The translations under genes were made by a program, and so were the position numbers. DNA of 18,470 nt, taken from UHGV virus genome UHGV-1652597, one strand, 5' to 3'. Shown here in pieces: positions 7,826 through 17,838 of the stretch (within the stretch, counting starts at the first letter, position 1; every line of letters begins with the position of its first letter). The notes beneath the pieces are model-generated. The model had not been told where the DNA came from, did no database searches, and was given only the letters and a program-made list of their open reading frames with translations. This stretch comes from a virus.

Positions 7826-9305
7826 CACCATTCCGTCGAATACGCTGGTTCCGCTGTTTTATGCGGAAATGGATAATCAGGCGGCGAATACTGCACAGGA
7901 CAGCGGAGCATCGCTGCTGATTGGTCATGCCAATAACGGTGCAGAGATTGTTGCCAACAGTCTGGTACTGATGCCGTCGGCAGACTATGCACGCCAGATT
8001 TGTGGTGCGGGAAGTCAGCTGGCGCGTATGGTCGAGGCTTATCGCCAGACCGACCCGTTTGGCGAGCTATATGTGATTGCCGTTCCTGAATCCACAGGCG
8101 CGGCGGCAACGGTTACGCTGACGGTGACCGGGGCGGCAACCGAAACCGGCACGGTGAATGTCTATGTGGGACGTACCCGCGTGCAGGCTCCGGTGACCAA
8201 CGGCGATAACGTCACGACGATTGCCAGCAGTATCAAAGATGCCATCAATGCCGTTCCGGCCCTGCCGTTTACGGCTTCATCTTCGGCAGGCGTGGTCACA
8301 CTGACCGCGCGTCATAAGGGGCTTTGCGGGAATGAAATTCCTGTCAGCCTCAATTACTACGGCTTTGGTGGGGGCGAAGTGCTGCCAGCGGGCGTACAGA
8401 TTGCCGTGGCGACGGGTACCGCCGGAACGGGTGCTCCGGTTCTCACCGGCGCGGTGGCTGCAATGGCGGATGAGCCGTTTGATTATATCGGTCTGCCGTT
8501 CAACGACACGGCCTCCGTTAACACGCTGGTGACCGAGATGAACGATACCAGCGGTCGCTGGAGCTATGCGCGTCAGCTGTATGGTCATGTGTATACGGCA
8601 AAGATCGGCACGCTGTCAGAACTGGTGACCGCAGGTGACCAGTTTAACCAGCAGCACATTACCCTGGCGGGGTACGAAAAAGAGACCCAGACGCCTGCCG
8701 ACGAACTGGCGGCAAGCCGTACCGCCCGCGCAGCGGTGTTTATTCGCAACGATCCGGCACGTCCCACGCAGACCGGTGAGCTGGTGGATATGCTGCCTGC
8801 GCCGAAGGGGAAACGGTTCACGATGACCGAACAACAGACCCTGCTGTCTCATGGCGTGGCAACGGCGTATGTCGAAAGCGGGGTACTGCGCATTCAGCGT
8901 GATGTCACCACGTACAGGAAAAACGCTTACGGGGTTGCGGATAACAGCTACCTCGACAGTGAGACACTGCATACCAGCGCGTATGTACTGCGCAAACTGA
9001 AATCCGTCATTACCAGTAAGTACGGGCGTCACAAGCTTGCCAGTGACGGTACCCGCTTTGGTCCCGGTCAGGCGATTGTCACCCCGGCGGTGATCAAAGG
9101 GGAACTGCTGGCAACCTACCGTCAGCTTGAGCGTGCGGGGATCGTGGAAAACTACGAACTGTTTAAGCAGTACCTGGTTGTGGAGCGTGATGCCAGCGAT
9201 CCGAACCGCCTGAACACGCTGTTCCCGCCTGACTATGTTAACCAGTTGCGTGTCTTTGCCGTGGTTAACCAGTTCCGTCTTCAGTATTCAGAGGAGTCTG
9301 CATAA
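7812..9305 (+). CDS. Contractile tail sheath protein (Mu gpL-like)
   Basis: 497 aa; N-terminus TSFNTIPSNTLVPLFYAEMD is typical of sheath proteins; immediately followed by a tube gene with TAATG overlap. Confidence 0.9.
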   Translation: MTSFNTIPSNTLVPLFYAEMDNQAANTAQDSGASLLIGHANNGAEIVANSLVLMPSADYARQICGAGSQLARMVEAYRQTDPFGELYVIAVPESTGAAATVTLTVTGAATETGTVNVYVGRTRVQAPVTNGDNVTTIASSIKDAINAVPALPFTASSSAGVVTLTARHKGLCGNEIPVSLNYYGFGGGEVLPAGVQIAVATGTAGTGAPVLTGAVAAMADEPFDYIGLPFNDTASVNTLVTEMNDTSGRWSYARQLYGHVYTAKIGTLSELVTAGDQFNQQHITLAGYEKETQTPADELAASRTARAAVFIRNDPARPTQTGELVDMLPAPKGKRFTMTEQQTLLSHGVATAYVESGVLRIQRDVTTYRKNAYGVADNSYLDSETLHTSAYVLRKLKSVITSKYGRHKLASDGTRFGPGQAIVTPAVIKGELLATYRQLERAGIVENYELFKQYLVVERDASDPNRLNTLFPPDYVNQLRVFAVVNQFRLQYSEESA

Positions 9306-9661
9306 TGGCCCGTATCGGGGGAACCTGTTATTTCAAAATTGACGGTCAGCAGCTATCGCTGACCGGCGGCATTGAGGTGCCCATGAACAGGACGGTCAAT
9401 GATGACATCATCGGCCTGGACGGTTCAGTGGACCGCAAGGAAACTCACCGTGCGCCCTATGTCAAAGGGACCTTCAAGGTGCCGAAGAATTTTCCGGTGA
9501 GCAAAATCACCTCGTCTGATGAGATGACCATCACTGCCGAGCTGGCGAACGGTCAGGTCTATGTACTGTCGTCTGCCTGGCTGCACGGCGAAGCGAACCA
9601 TAATGCCGAAGAAGGCACGGTTGATCTTGAGTTCCACGGTGAAGAAGGGGATTACCAGTGA
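9305..9661 (+). CDS. Tail tube protein (Mu gpM-like)
   Basis: 118-aa ORF directly after the sheath gene with overlapping stop/start; size and position typical of the tube protein of Mu-like contractile tails. Confidence 0.8.
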   Translation: MARIGGTCYFKIDGQQLSLTGGIEVPMNRTVNDDIIGLDGSVDRKETHRAPYVKGTFKVPKNFPVSKITSSDEMTITAELANGQVYVLSSAWLHGEANHNAEEGTVDLEFHGEEGDYQ

Positions 9662-9981
9662 TTGAGCTTGTACTTAAAAAACCGATCATCGCCCACAAAG
9701 AAACACTGCATGTGCTGGAAATACGTGAGCCTACGTATGACGAGATTGAGGCGCTGGGGTTCCCTTTCTCTGTTTCACCTGATGGTGGTATGAAAATGGA
9801 CAGTCAGGTAGCGCTGAAATATATCCCGCTTCTGGCCGGGATCCCGCGCTCGTCTGCAGCGCAGATGACGAAGCTGGATATTTTCAAGGCAGGCATGATT
9901 GTAATGCGTTTTTTTACCGGCTTGGAGACGGAAGAGACCTCCGGAAGCGATTCTACAATGTCGCGTGGTTCTGGAAATTAA
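9658..9981 (+). CDS. Tail assembly chaperone (gpG / P2 gpE-like)
   Basis: 107 aa, acidic; located between the tube and tape measure genes; contains an in-frame T7 run at 9909-9915 (candidate slippery site). Confidence 0.7.
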   Translation: MIELVLKKPIIAHKETLHVLEIREPTYDEIEALGFPFSVSPDGGMKMDSQVALKYIPLLAGIPRSSAAQMTKLDIFKAGMIVMRFFTGLETEETSGSDSTMSRGSGN

Positions 9982-10073
9982 ACCCCCTTGAACTTCGCCG
10001 GACGGCTATTTCCCACTTTGCTGATCTGGAGGCAGAGGCCGTCCGTATAAATGAGGAGATGAAGCATGGCTGA
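9658..10073 (+). CDS. Putative -1 frameshift product of the tail assembly chaperone (G-T / E-E' type fusion); slip at T_TTT_TTT 9909-9915
   Basis: Heptamer T TTT TTT lies in the zero frame (codons TTT 9910-9912 and TTT 9913-9915). The -1 frame is open from 9783 to TGA 10071-10073, giving about 52 extra residues (YRLGDGRDLRKRFYNVAWFWKLNPLELRRTAISHFADLEAEAVRINEEMKHG) that end just inside the tape measure start. Confidence 0.45.
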
Positions 10074-11973
10074 TAATTTTCAGCTGAAAGCCATCATCAC
10101 CGCCGTTGACAGGCTGTCCGGCCCGCTTAAAGGTATGCAGCGTCAGCTTAAGGGGTTTCAGAAAGAAGTCTCCAGCCTTGCTCTGGGCGCTGCCGGGGCG
10201 GGTACTGCAATAATGGGGGCACTGGCACTCCCTGTAAAATCAGCCATCACCCTTGAATCGAAGATGGCTGATGTCCGCAAAGTGGTAGACGGTCTGGATA
10301 CGCCGGATGCGTTTAAGGCCATGACGGAGCAGGTACGCGCTTTGTCTACTGAGCTTCCCATGTCTGCAGACGGGATCGCGGAAATTGTGGCGGCTGGCGG
10401 TCAGGCCGGGATTGCACGTGATGAACTGATGCAGTTTGCCACTGATGCGGTGAAGATGGGCGTGGCCTTTGATACCACGGCTGAAGAGTCCGGGCAGATG
10501 ATGGCCCAGTGGCGTACTGCGTTTAATATGACGCAGGATGAAGTGGCCGGGCTGGCTGACAAAATCAACTACCTTGGTAATACCGGCCCGGCGAATGCGA
10601 AGAAAATCTCCGATATTGTTACGCGTATTGGTCCTTTAGGTGGTGTTGCAGGTGTGGCTTCCGGCGAAATCGCGGCAATGGGGGCAACCATTGCCGGGAT
10701 GGGCGTGGAGTCAGAAATTGCCGCCACAGGGATCAAGAACTTCATGCTTTCCCTGACCGCGGGAAATTCCGCGACAAAATCGCAGAAACAGGCATTACGT
10801 TTTCTGCGGATCAATCCGAAGAAATTAGCTGCTGATATGCAGAAAGATGCCCGGGGAACCATGCTGTCTGTACTGGATGCGATGGCTAAAGTGCCCAAAG
10901 AAAAACAGGCAGCTGTGCTGAATGCCCTGTTCGGGAAAGAGTCTCTGGGCGCGATAGCACCTCTGCTGACTAACCTTGATTTGTTGCGTACCAACTTCAG
11001 GCGGGTTGCGGATTCCCAGCAGTATGGCAGTTCGATGCAGAAGGAATATGCTTCGAGGGCAGCGACGACGGAAAACCAGCTTTTACTTCTGCAAAATCAA
11101 CTTGATGCCATTTCTTCCACGCTGGGGGAAACGTTTCTTCCTGAGGTTAATGATGGTCTTGAAGCGGTAAAACCGCTCCTTGAGGAAGTGAGAACGTTTG
11201 TCCGTGAAAACCCGGAGCTCGTTAAGACCATTGCTAAAATCGGTCTGGCCTTACTGACGGTGGGAGCCGCTGCAGGCTCTTTGTCCAGAATTATGAAAGT
11301 TCTCGGCGGTGTGATGAATATGACGCCTGCTAAGGGGCTGATTGCTCTTCTGGTTGGTGGCGCTTACCTCATTATTGATAACTGGGAAACCGTAGGTCCT
11401 GTCATAAAAAAAGTCTGGCACGTGGTGGATGAAACGGCGCAGGCGATGGGGGGATGGGAAACTGTTCTGAAAGCGATTGCCCTGTTTATGGCAACCAAAT
11501 GGGTTGCTGACGTTACCAAATCCATTACCGCAGTGACCAGAGAGATGCGTACGCTGGGGAAGGTATCGGCAGAAACGGGATTGATGGGGAAAGGCCGCGG
11601 CTTTATCGGGAAGGCCGGGGTATATGGTTTTCTGGGAACCCTGATGTATGAGCCGGTTAAAGATACTCTGGAAAGTGTTGTTCCTGAAGATACGGTTAAC
11701 TGGCTGGATAATAAAGGGCTGTTTCTGGCTTCAGACTGGACGCCTTTTTTTGATCGTAAAGAGTACGAGCAGTATCAGGCCAGCCTGAGTCAGTACAAAC
11801 CCAATGTTCCGCTGCTGAATCCATCTTCTTCCATGACACAGCACAGCGAGCTGAAAGTCACGTTCGAGAATGCTCCGCCAGGTATGAAGATAATTGATGT
11901 ACCGGGCAAAGCCGATCCCCTGATGAAAATCACGCACGATGTGGGGTATTCCCCTTTTCGTTTTCCACGATAA
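10066..11973 (+). CDS. Tail tape measure protein
   Basis: 635 aa; Ala/Gly-rich N-terminal helical region and hydrophobic central segments; GAGGAG Shine-Dalgarno 7 nt upstream of ATG; positioned after the chaperone as in all long-tailed phages. Confidence 0.9.
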   Translation: MADNFQLKAIITAVDRLSGPLKGMQRQLKGFQKEVSSLALGAAGAGTAIMGALALPVKSAITLESKMADVRKVVDGLDTPDAFKAMTEQVRALSTELPMSADGIAEIVAAGGQAGIARDELMQFATDAVKMGVAFDTTAEESGQMMAQWRTAFNMTQDEVAGLADKINYLGNTGPANAKKISDIVTRIGPLGGVAGVASGEIAAMGATIAGMGVESEIAATGIKNFMLSLTAGNSATKSQKQALRFLRINPKKLAADMQKDARGTMLSVLDAMAKVPKEKQAAVLNALFGKESLGAIAPLLTNLDLLRTNFRRVADSQQYGSSMQKEYASRAATTENQLLLLQNQLDAISSTLGETFLPEVNDGLEAVKPLLEEVRTFVRENPELVKTIAKIGLALLTVGAAAGSLSRIMKVLGGVMNMTPAKGLIALLVGGAYLIIDNWETVGPVIKKVWHVVDETAQAMGGWETVLKAIALFMATKWVADVTKSITAVTREMRTLGKVSAETGLMGKGRGFIGKAGVYGFLGTLMYEPVKDTLESVVPEDTVNWLDNKGLFLASDWTPFFDRKEYEQYQASLSQYKPNVPLLNPSSSMTQHSELKVTFENAPPGMKIIDVPGKADPLMKITHDVGYSPFRFPR

Positions 11974-11997
11974 CGCAGTCCTTTTTGAGGTCAGTCT

Positions 11998-13374
11998 ATG
12001 GATTTATCCTCATTTCCCACCCGACCTTCATTACTTTCGTCGTCTTCAGGCTGGCGTGACAGACTTCAGGACGCGTCATTTCGCGGCGTGCCGTTTAAGG
12101 TTGAAGAAGAAAGTGCGGGAACCGGTCGCCGTGTGGAAACACATGAATACCCGAACCGCGACAAACCCTATACCGAAGACCTGGGGAAAATCACTTTTCG
12201 CCCGTCCATCACGGCTTATGTGGTGGGAGATGACTGCTTTGACCAGCGCGATCGCCTGATTGAAGCGCTGAATAAACCCGGTCCCGGCACGCTTGTCCAC
12301 CCGACATATGGTGAGCTGAAAGTCTGTGTTGACGGGGAAGTTCGGGTCAGCACATCGAAAAGTGAAGGGCGTATTGTCCGCTTTGACCTGAAGTTTGTCG
12401 AAGCAGGAGAACTCTCTTACCCCACATCAGGTGCGGCGACGGCGCAGACGCTGATGTCATCCTGTTCTGCACTGGATGACTGCATCAGTGACAGCTTCAG
12501 CGGTTTCAGTATCGATGGTGTGGCGGATTTCGTGCAGAACGACGTTATCGGTAATGCCAGCATAATGCTGGGGTATGTTTCTGATGCGATGAAAGTGGTG
12601 GATTCTGCCGTATCGGATGCCGCCAGGCTGTTGCAGGGGGATATCTCGGTACTTCTGCCGCCGCCATCGTCAGGCAAAAATTTCGTTGAGCAGGTGCAGA
12701 AAATGTGGCGTACCGGGAAACGCCTTTATGGTAACGCCAGCGACCTGGTCACCATGATCAAAACGCTTTCCGGTGTCAGCCTCGGCAGCGATCTGCAACC
12801 GCGCGGCGTCTGGAAAACGGACAGTAAAACCACCGCCACGGCGACGCAGCAGCGTAACGTGGTTGCCAGCACCCTTCGTACGACCGCAATCAGCGAAGCG
12901 GCGTATGCCGTCACCCGATTGCCTGCGCCAATAACTTCCGCGGTGATGCAGAATTCCGCAGTGGGGCAGGCAACAACACCCGCGCAGAGCACTGGCTGGC
13001 CTTCCGTCACGCATCCGGCACTGAACAATGCACCGGCGGTGAAAAACACGGTTGACCTGCCGACGTGGGAAGAACTGACTGACATTCGCGACACACTGAA
13101 TACGGCAATTGATAAGGAGTTGTCCCGTACAACCAGTGATGCGCTGTTTCTGGCGCTGCGCCGGGTGAAAGCAGATCTGAATGCGGATATCAACACGCGC
13201 CTTGAACAGTCTGCACGGATCATTCAGCGCACACCGGATGAGGTTTTACCCGCGCTGGTGCTGGCGGCGACCTGGTTTGATAACGCGGCGCGTGACGCGG
13301 ACATTATCCGGCGTAATGCCATTACGCATCCCGGCTTTGTGCCGGTGATCCCTCTGAAGGTGCCAGTGCAATGA
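11998..13374 (+). CDS. DNA circulation protein (Mu gpN-like) / baseplate hub component
   Basis: N-terminal segment WRDRLQDASFRGVPFKVEEESAGTGRRVETHEYPNRDKPYTEDLG matches the conserved N-terminus of Mu N-family proteins; follows the tape measure. Confidence 0.85.
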   Translation: MDLSSFPTRPSLLSSSSGWRDRLQDASFRGVPFKVEEESAGTGRRVETHEYPNRDKPYTEDLGKITFRPSITAYVVGDDCFDQRDRLIEALNKPGPGTLVHPTYGELKVCVDGEVRVSTSKSEGRIVRFDLKFVEAGELSYPTSGAATAQTLMSSCSALDDCISDSFSGFSIDGVADFVQNDVIGNASIMLGYVSDAMKVVDSAVSDAARLLQGDISVLLPPPSSGKNFVEQVQKMWRTGKRLYGNASDLVTMIKTLSGVSLGSDLQPRGVWKTDSKTTATATQQRNVVASTLRTTAISEAAYAVTRLPAPITSAVMQNSAVGQATTPAQSTGWPSVTHPALNNAPAVKNTVDLPTWEELTDIRDTLNTAIDKELSRTTSDALFLALRRVKADLNADINTRLEQSARIIQRTPDEVLPALVLAATWFDNAARDADIIRRNAITHPGFVPVIPLKVPVQ

Positions 13375-14450
13375 ACGACAATGTCACGCTACGGGTAAAT
13401 GGCCGGGAGTGGAATGGCTGGACATCGGTGCGCATCGGTGCCGGTATTGAACGGCTGGCGCGGGATTTCAGTGTGGAGATCACTCGCCAGTGGCCGGGAG
13501 ATGAGGGTATCACCACGCTTCAGCCGCGCATTAAAAACGGTTCAAAAGTGGAAGTGCTGATTGGTGATGAGCTGGTGATTACCGGCTGGGTGGAGGCGAC
13601 TCCCGTTCGTTACGATGCCCGTTCGGTCAGTACCGGTATTGCCGGACGTAGTCTGACGGCTGACCTGATTGACTGTGCAGCCGAACCGACACAGTTTAAC
13701 GGACGCTCGCTGGTGCAGATTGCGCAGGCGCTTGCTGCGCCTTTCGGCATTGAGGTGGTGAACAGCGGTGCGCCGTCGGGTGTTATTCCTGATGTTCAGC
13801 CTGATCACGGTGAAACGGTGATTGAGGTAATCAACAAAATACTCGGTCAGCAGCAGGCGCTGGCTTACGACGACCCGCACGGCAGGCTGGTGATTGGCGG
13901 TATTGGCTCAACGCGGGCACATACCGCGCTGGTACTTGGGGAAAACATCCTTTCCTGTGATACGGAGAAGAGTATCCGGGAGCGGTTTTCTGTTTACCAG
14001 GTGGCGGGGCAGCGTGCCGGAAACGACGATGATTTCGGTGAGGCCACCACCACCGCGCTGCGGGCCCGCACAGAGGACGCATTTATTGCCCGTTACCGTC
14101 CGATGTATATCAGGCAGACAGGGCAGGCCACGGGGGCAGGTTGTATTGCGCGTGCTGACTTTGAAGCCCGACAACGGGCGGCGCGGACGGATGAAACCAC
14201 CTATGTGGTGCAGGGCTGGCGACAGGGTAACGGTACGCTGTGGCAGCCCAACCAGCGGGTGATTGTCTTCGATCCGGTCTGTGGTTTCGACAATACCGAA
14301 CTGCTTGTCTCGGAAGTCACGTTTACTCAGGACCAGAACGGCACTCTGACGGAAATCCGTGTCGGCCCACCTGATGCTTATCTGCCTGAACCCGAAGCCC
14401 CCGGCGCGCGGAAAAAGAAAAAAGCCAGAGTACAGGAGGACCCGTTCTGA
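13371..14450 (+). CDS. Tail/baseplate protein (Mu gpP-like, late control D-like family)
   Basis: 359 aa; ATGA overlap with the upstream gene; position after the N-like gene as in Mu-like tails; N-terminal VTLRVNGREWNGW pattern. Confidence 0.7.
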   Translation: MNDNVTLRVNGREWNGWTSVRIGAGIERLARDFSVEITRQWPGDEGITTLQPRIKNGSKVEVLIGDELVITGWVEATPVRYDARSVSTGIAGRSLTADLIDCAAEPTQFNGRSLVQIAQALAAPFGIEVVNSGAPSGVIPDVQPDHGETVIEVINKILGQQQALAYDDPHGRLVIGGIGSTRAHTALVLGENILSCDTEKSIRERFSVYQVAGQRAGNDDDFGEATTTALRARTEDAFIARYRPMYIRQTGQATGAGCIARADFEARQRAARTDETTYVVQGWRQGNGTLWQPNQRVIVFDPVCGFDNTELLVSEVTFTQDQNGTLTEIRVGPPDAYLPEPEAPGARKKKKARVQEDPF

Positions 14451-14998
14451 TGAGGACGATTGAAGCCATGCAGCGACAACTTCTCGGCCTGATTGGGCGG
14501 GCAGTGGTGAAAAGCATCAGTGCCGCCACGAAATGTCAGACCGTGGATGTGTCCCTGATTGCCGGTGAACCCAAAGCCGGGGTTGAACATCTTGAACCCT
14601 ACGGTTTTACCGCAAGGGCAAACAGCGGTGCGGAAGCGGTGGTGTTGTTTCCGGATGGCGACCGTTCTCATGCGGTGGTTGTTACGGTGTCGGACCGGCG
14701 CTACCGCCTGAAAGGGCTGCAGACGGGTGAGGTGGCTGTCTATGACGATCAGGGGCAGTCTGTGACGCTGACCCGGGAGGGGATCGTGGTGGACGGTGCA
14801 GGTAAAACGATCACGTTTCGCAATGCACCTGAAGCACGTTTTGAAATGGACCTGGAAGTGACAGGACAGGTGAAAGACCTGTGCGACTCCGGCGGCACCA
14901 CCATGTCAGCGATGCGGCTTGCCTATAACGGGCATCGTCACAGAGAGAACGGTCAGGGCAGTAACACCGACAAACCGGATAAAGCGATGGAGGCATGA
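14450..14998 (+). CDS. Baseplate assembly protein V (central spike, gpV-like / Mu gp45-like)
   Basis: 182 aa; N-terminal region IGRAVVKSISAATKCQTVDVSLIAGEPKAGVEHLEPYGFTARANSGAEAVVLFPDGDRSHAVVV is typical of gpV spike OB-fold domains. Confidence 0.8.
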   Translation: MRTIEAMQRQLLGLIGRAVVKSISAATKCQTVDVSLIAGEPKAGVEHLEPYGFTARANSGAEAVVLFPDGDRSHAVVVTVSDRRYRLKGLQTGEVAVYDDQGQSVTLTREGIVVDGAGKTITFRNAPEARFEMDLEVTGQVKDLCDSGGTTMSAMRLAYNGHRHRENGQGSNTDKPDKAMEA

Positions 14999-15423
14999 TG
15001 GAACTGTGGCTGACGGTGAACGGTAAACGCACCTGCGCCAGCGCACCGCTGGATCCGCTGACCCGCTCCGTGGTGATTTCCCTGTTTACCTGGCGGCGGG
15101 CGGAGCCTGATGACAACGCCGACGTCCCGATGGGATGGTGGGGGGATACCTGGCCTGCGGTACAGAATGACCGTTACGGCTCCCGACTGTGGCTGCTTCA
15201 GCGCAGCAAACTGACCAATCAGCTGGTGCAGACGGTAAGGGGGTATATCCGCGAATGCCTGCAATGGATGATTGATGATGGCGTGGTGTCCCGTATTGAT
15301 CTGGATATCCGCCGCACCGGGATTAATGAACTGGGTAACAGTATCACTCTCTGGCGTCGTGACGGACCGGTAATGATTTCTTTTGATGATCTGTGGAGTG
15401 CGATAACGCATGGCGGACAGTGA
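14995..15423 (+). CDS. Baseplate protein, GP46 family (gpW-like)
   Basis: 142 aa; ATGA overlap; size and position between V-like and J-like genes match the Mu-like gp46 family. Confidence 0.7.
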   Translation: MMELWLTVNGKRTCASAPLDPLTRSVVISLFTWRRAEPDDNADVPMGWWGDTWPAVQNDRYGSRLWLLQRSKLTNQLVQTVRGYIRECLQWMIDDGVVSRIDLDIRRTGINELGNSITLWRRDGPVMISFDDLWSAITHGGQ

Positions 15424-16468
15424 ATTTCAGCGCCCGACGCTGGCAGAAAATATCAGTATGCTCCGTAACGATTTATTCGCCAGGCTGGACGTCAGCGACA
15501 CGCTCCGGCGCATGGATGAAGACGTGCGGGCAAAGGTGTATGCGGCGGCGCTGCATACGGTTTACGGGTACATCGATTATCTGGCAATGAACATGCTGCC
15601 TGACCTGTGCGATGAGTCCTGGCTGGCGCGACATGCTGCGATGAAACGGTGTCCGCGCAAGGGGGCCACGGCTGCCAGCGGGTATATGCGCTGGGAAGGT
15701 GTCAGCGATGGCCTGAAGGTGACTGCCGGGAGCGTGATTCAGCGCGATGACCTGGTTCAGTACACGGCAACTGCCGATGCAACCAGCTCCGGTGGTGTCC
15801 TGCGTGTGCCGATCGCCTGCTCAAATGCAGGCGCGGTCGGTAACACTGACGACGGTACGGCATTAATCCTGGTCACGCCGGTGAATGGTCTGCCGTCTTC
15901 CGGTGTGGCTGACACCCTGACAGGCGGATTTGATGCTGAAGATCTGGAAACGTGGCGCGCCCGCGTCATTGAGCGGTATTACTGGACGCCTCAGGGCGGG
16001 GCTGACGGGGACTATGTCGTCTGGGCTAAAGAAGTGCCCGGCATTACCCGCGCATGGACATACCGACACTGGATGGGAACGGGGACTGTCGGTGTGATGA
16101 TTGCCAGCAGTGACCTGATTAATCCCATTCCGGAAGAGTCAACGGAAACGTCGGCAAGACAACATATCGAGCCACTGGCCCCGGTGGCAGGCTCTGATTT
16201 GTATGTATTCAGGCCGGTGGCGCATAAAGTGGATTTTCATATCCGCGTGACGCCGGACACACCGGAAATACGGGCTGCCATCACCGCCGAGTTGCGTTCG
16301 TTCCTGCTGCGTGATGGTTATCCGCAGGGAGAACTGAAGGTGTCACGTATCAGTGAAGCGATTTCCGGTGCGAACGGGGAATACAGCCATCAGTTGCTTG
16401 CCCCGGCGGACAATATCTCCATTGCGAAAAATGAACTGGCGGTTCTGGGGACGATTTCATGGACGTGA
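15410..16468 (+). CDS. Baseplate J-like protein (Mu gp47-like)
   Basis: 352 aa; position and size typical of the baseplate J wedge protein; overlaps flanking genes. Confidence 0.85.
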   Translation: MADSEFQRPTLAENISMLRNDLFARLDVSDTLRRMDEDVRAKVYAAALHTVYGYIDYLAMNMLPDLCDESWLARHAAMKRCPRKGATAASGYMRWEGVSDGLKVTAGSVIQRDDLVQYTATADATSSGGVLRVPIACSNAGAVGNTDDGTALILVTPVNGLPSSGVADTLTGGFDAEDLETWRARVIERYYWTPQGGADGDYVVWAKEVPGITRAWTYRHWMGTGTVGVMIASSDLINPIPEESTETSARQHIEPLAPVAGSDLYVFRPVAHKVDFHIRVTPDTPEIRAAITAELRSFLLRDGYPQGELKVSRISEAISGANGEYSHQLLAPADNISIAKNELAVLGTISWT

Positions 16469-17043
16469 CAAACGATGATTACATCCGTCTGTTGTCGGCA
16501 CTGTTGCCCCCTGGTCCGGCGTGGTCAGCCAGCGATCCGGCGATTGCCGGTGCAGCACCGTCATTAACCCGCGTTCATCAGCGTGCGGATGCCCTGATGC
16601 GGGAGCTGGATCCGCGCACCACCACTGAACTGATAAACCGCTGGGAGCGTCTGTGCGGTCTGCCGGATGAATGTATTCCGGCGGTAACGCAGACCCTTCG
16701 CCAGCGTCAGCAACGGCTGGATGCGAAGGTTAACCTGGCGGGCGGCATCAACGAGGATTTTTATCTTGCACAGCTTGCTGCCCTGGGCAGACCAGATGCC
16801 ACCATCACGCGATACGACAAAAGCACGTTCACCTGCTCATCGGCCTGTACTGACGCGGTGAATGCGCCGGAATGGCGGTATTACTGGCAGATCAACATGC
16901 CAGCCGACACCAACACCACCTGGATGACATGTGGCGATCCCTGTGATTCCGCACTGCGTATCTGGGGCGACACCGTTGTCGAGTGTGTGCTTAACAAACT
17001 CTGCCCGTCGCATACCTACATAATTTTTAAATATCCGGAGTAA
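16459..17043 (+). CDS. Tail protein, YmfQ / DUF2313 family (Mu gp48-like, P2 gpI-like)
   Basis: 194 aa; N-terminus [19 protein letters not shown] and segment [13 protein letters not shown] are characteristic of the YmfQ/gp48 family; precedes the tail fiber gene. Confidence 0.75.
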   Translation: MDVTNDDYIRLLSALLPPGPAWSASDPAIAGAAPSLTRVHQRADALMRELDPRTTTELINRWERLCGLPDECIPAVTQTLRQRQQRLDAKVNLAGGINEDFYLAQLAALGRPDATITRYDKSTFTCSSACTDAVNAPEWRYYWQINMPADTNTTWMTCGDPCDSALRIWGDTVVECVLNKLCPSHTYIIFKYPE

Positions 17044-17046
17044 TCC

Positions 17047-17838
17047 ATGCATCGTATAGACACGAAAACCGCGCAGAAGGATAAGTTCGGCGCGGGTAAG
17101 AACGGTTTTACCCGTGGTAACCCCCAGACCGGCACACCTGCCACCGATCTGGATGATGACTACTTTGACATGTTGCAGGAGGAGCTTTGCAGCGTGGTGG
17201 AGGCCTCCGGTGCCAGCCTGGAGAAGGGGCGGCATGACCAGCTGCTTACCGCGCTTCGTGCGCTGCTGTTAAGCCGCAAGAATCCGTTTGGCGATATCAA
17301 ATCGGATGGCACGGTGAAAACGGCTCTCGAAAACCTTGGTTTGGGAGAAGGCTCTGCATTACCGGTTGGGGTGCCTGTTCCGTGGCCTTCAGCCACTCCG
17401 CCAACAGGCTGGCTGAAATGCAACGGTGCCGCTTTTTCTGCTGAAGAATACCCGGAACTGGCAAAGGCTTATCCGACAAATAAATTGCCTGATTTACGTG
17501 GTGAGTTTATTCGTGGCTGGGATGACGGGCGTGGTATTGATGCTGTACGTGCCTTGCTAAGTCTTCAGAATGGAGGAGTGGAATCACACACCCACCAAGG
17601 GCAGCTCTTCAGAGTTAGTGATTATCGTACAAAAGAAATACCAGCATCAGAAGTTATGGGAAGAGGATATATTGCAAGCCTGACGCCGGGTGCTGATAGC
17701 CCACTTGATTTTGATGATTATTCTGTATCTTCTAATCCAAATGGATATTTTGTCGGGAATCAGAGAACAACAGCATATGGGATAAATGAAACCCGTCCAC
17801 GGAATATTGCATTTAACTATATCGTGAGGGCTGCATAA
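17047..17838 (+). CDS. Tail fiber protein with C-terminal tail-collar-type domain
   Basis: 263 aa; N-terminus ([46 protein letters not shown]) resembles the conserved baseplate-attachment region of fibers; C-terminal part ([21 protein letters not shown] ... [12 protein letters not shown] ... ETRPRN) matches the tail-collar fold signature; followed by a tail fiber assembly gene. Confidence 0.8.
   Translation: MHRIDTKTAQKDKFGAGKNGFTRGNPQTGTPATDLDDDYFDMLQEELCSVVEASGASLEKGRHDQLLTALRALLLSRKNPFGDIKSDGTVKTALENLGLGEGSALPVGVPVPWPSATPPTGWLKCNGAAFSAEEYPELAKAYPTNKLPDLRGEFIRGWDDGRGIDAVRALLSLQNGGVESHTHQGQLFRVSDYRTKEIPASEVMGRGYIASLTPGADSPLDFDDYSVSSNPNGYFVGNQRTTAYGINETRPRNIAFNYIVRAA

Noticed and set aside
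11939-12259. ORF 11939..12259 (106 aa) overlapping the tape measure end and the N-like gene start
   Set aside because: It is out of frame with the N-like gene, whose ATG at 11998 has a GAGG ribosome-binding site and whose product carries a conserved N-terminus; the 11939 ORF has no recognisable features.
17440-17520. Possible invertase crossover (gix/hix-like) site at the boundary between the constant and variable parts of the tail fiber gene
   Set aside because: The sequence TTATCCGACAAATAAATTGCCTGATT shares only a TTATCC hexamer with the gix/hix half-site as I remember it and lacks the dyad symmetry; no invertase gene is visible in the window. Not supported.
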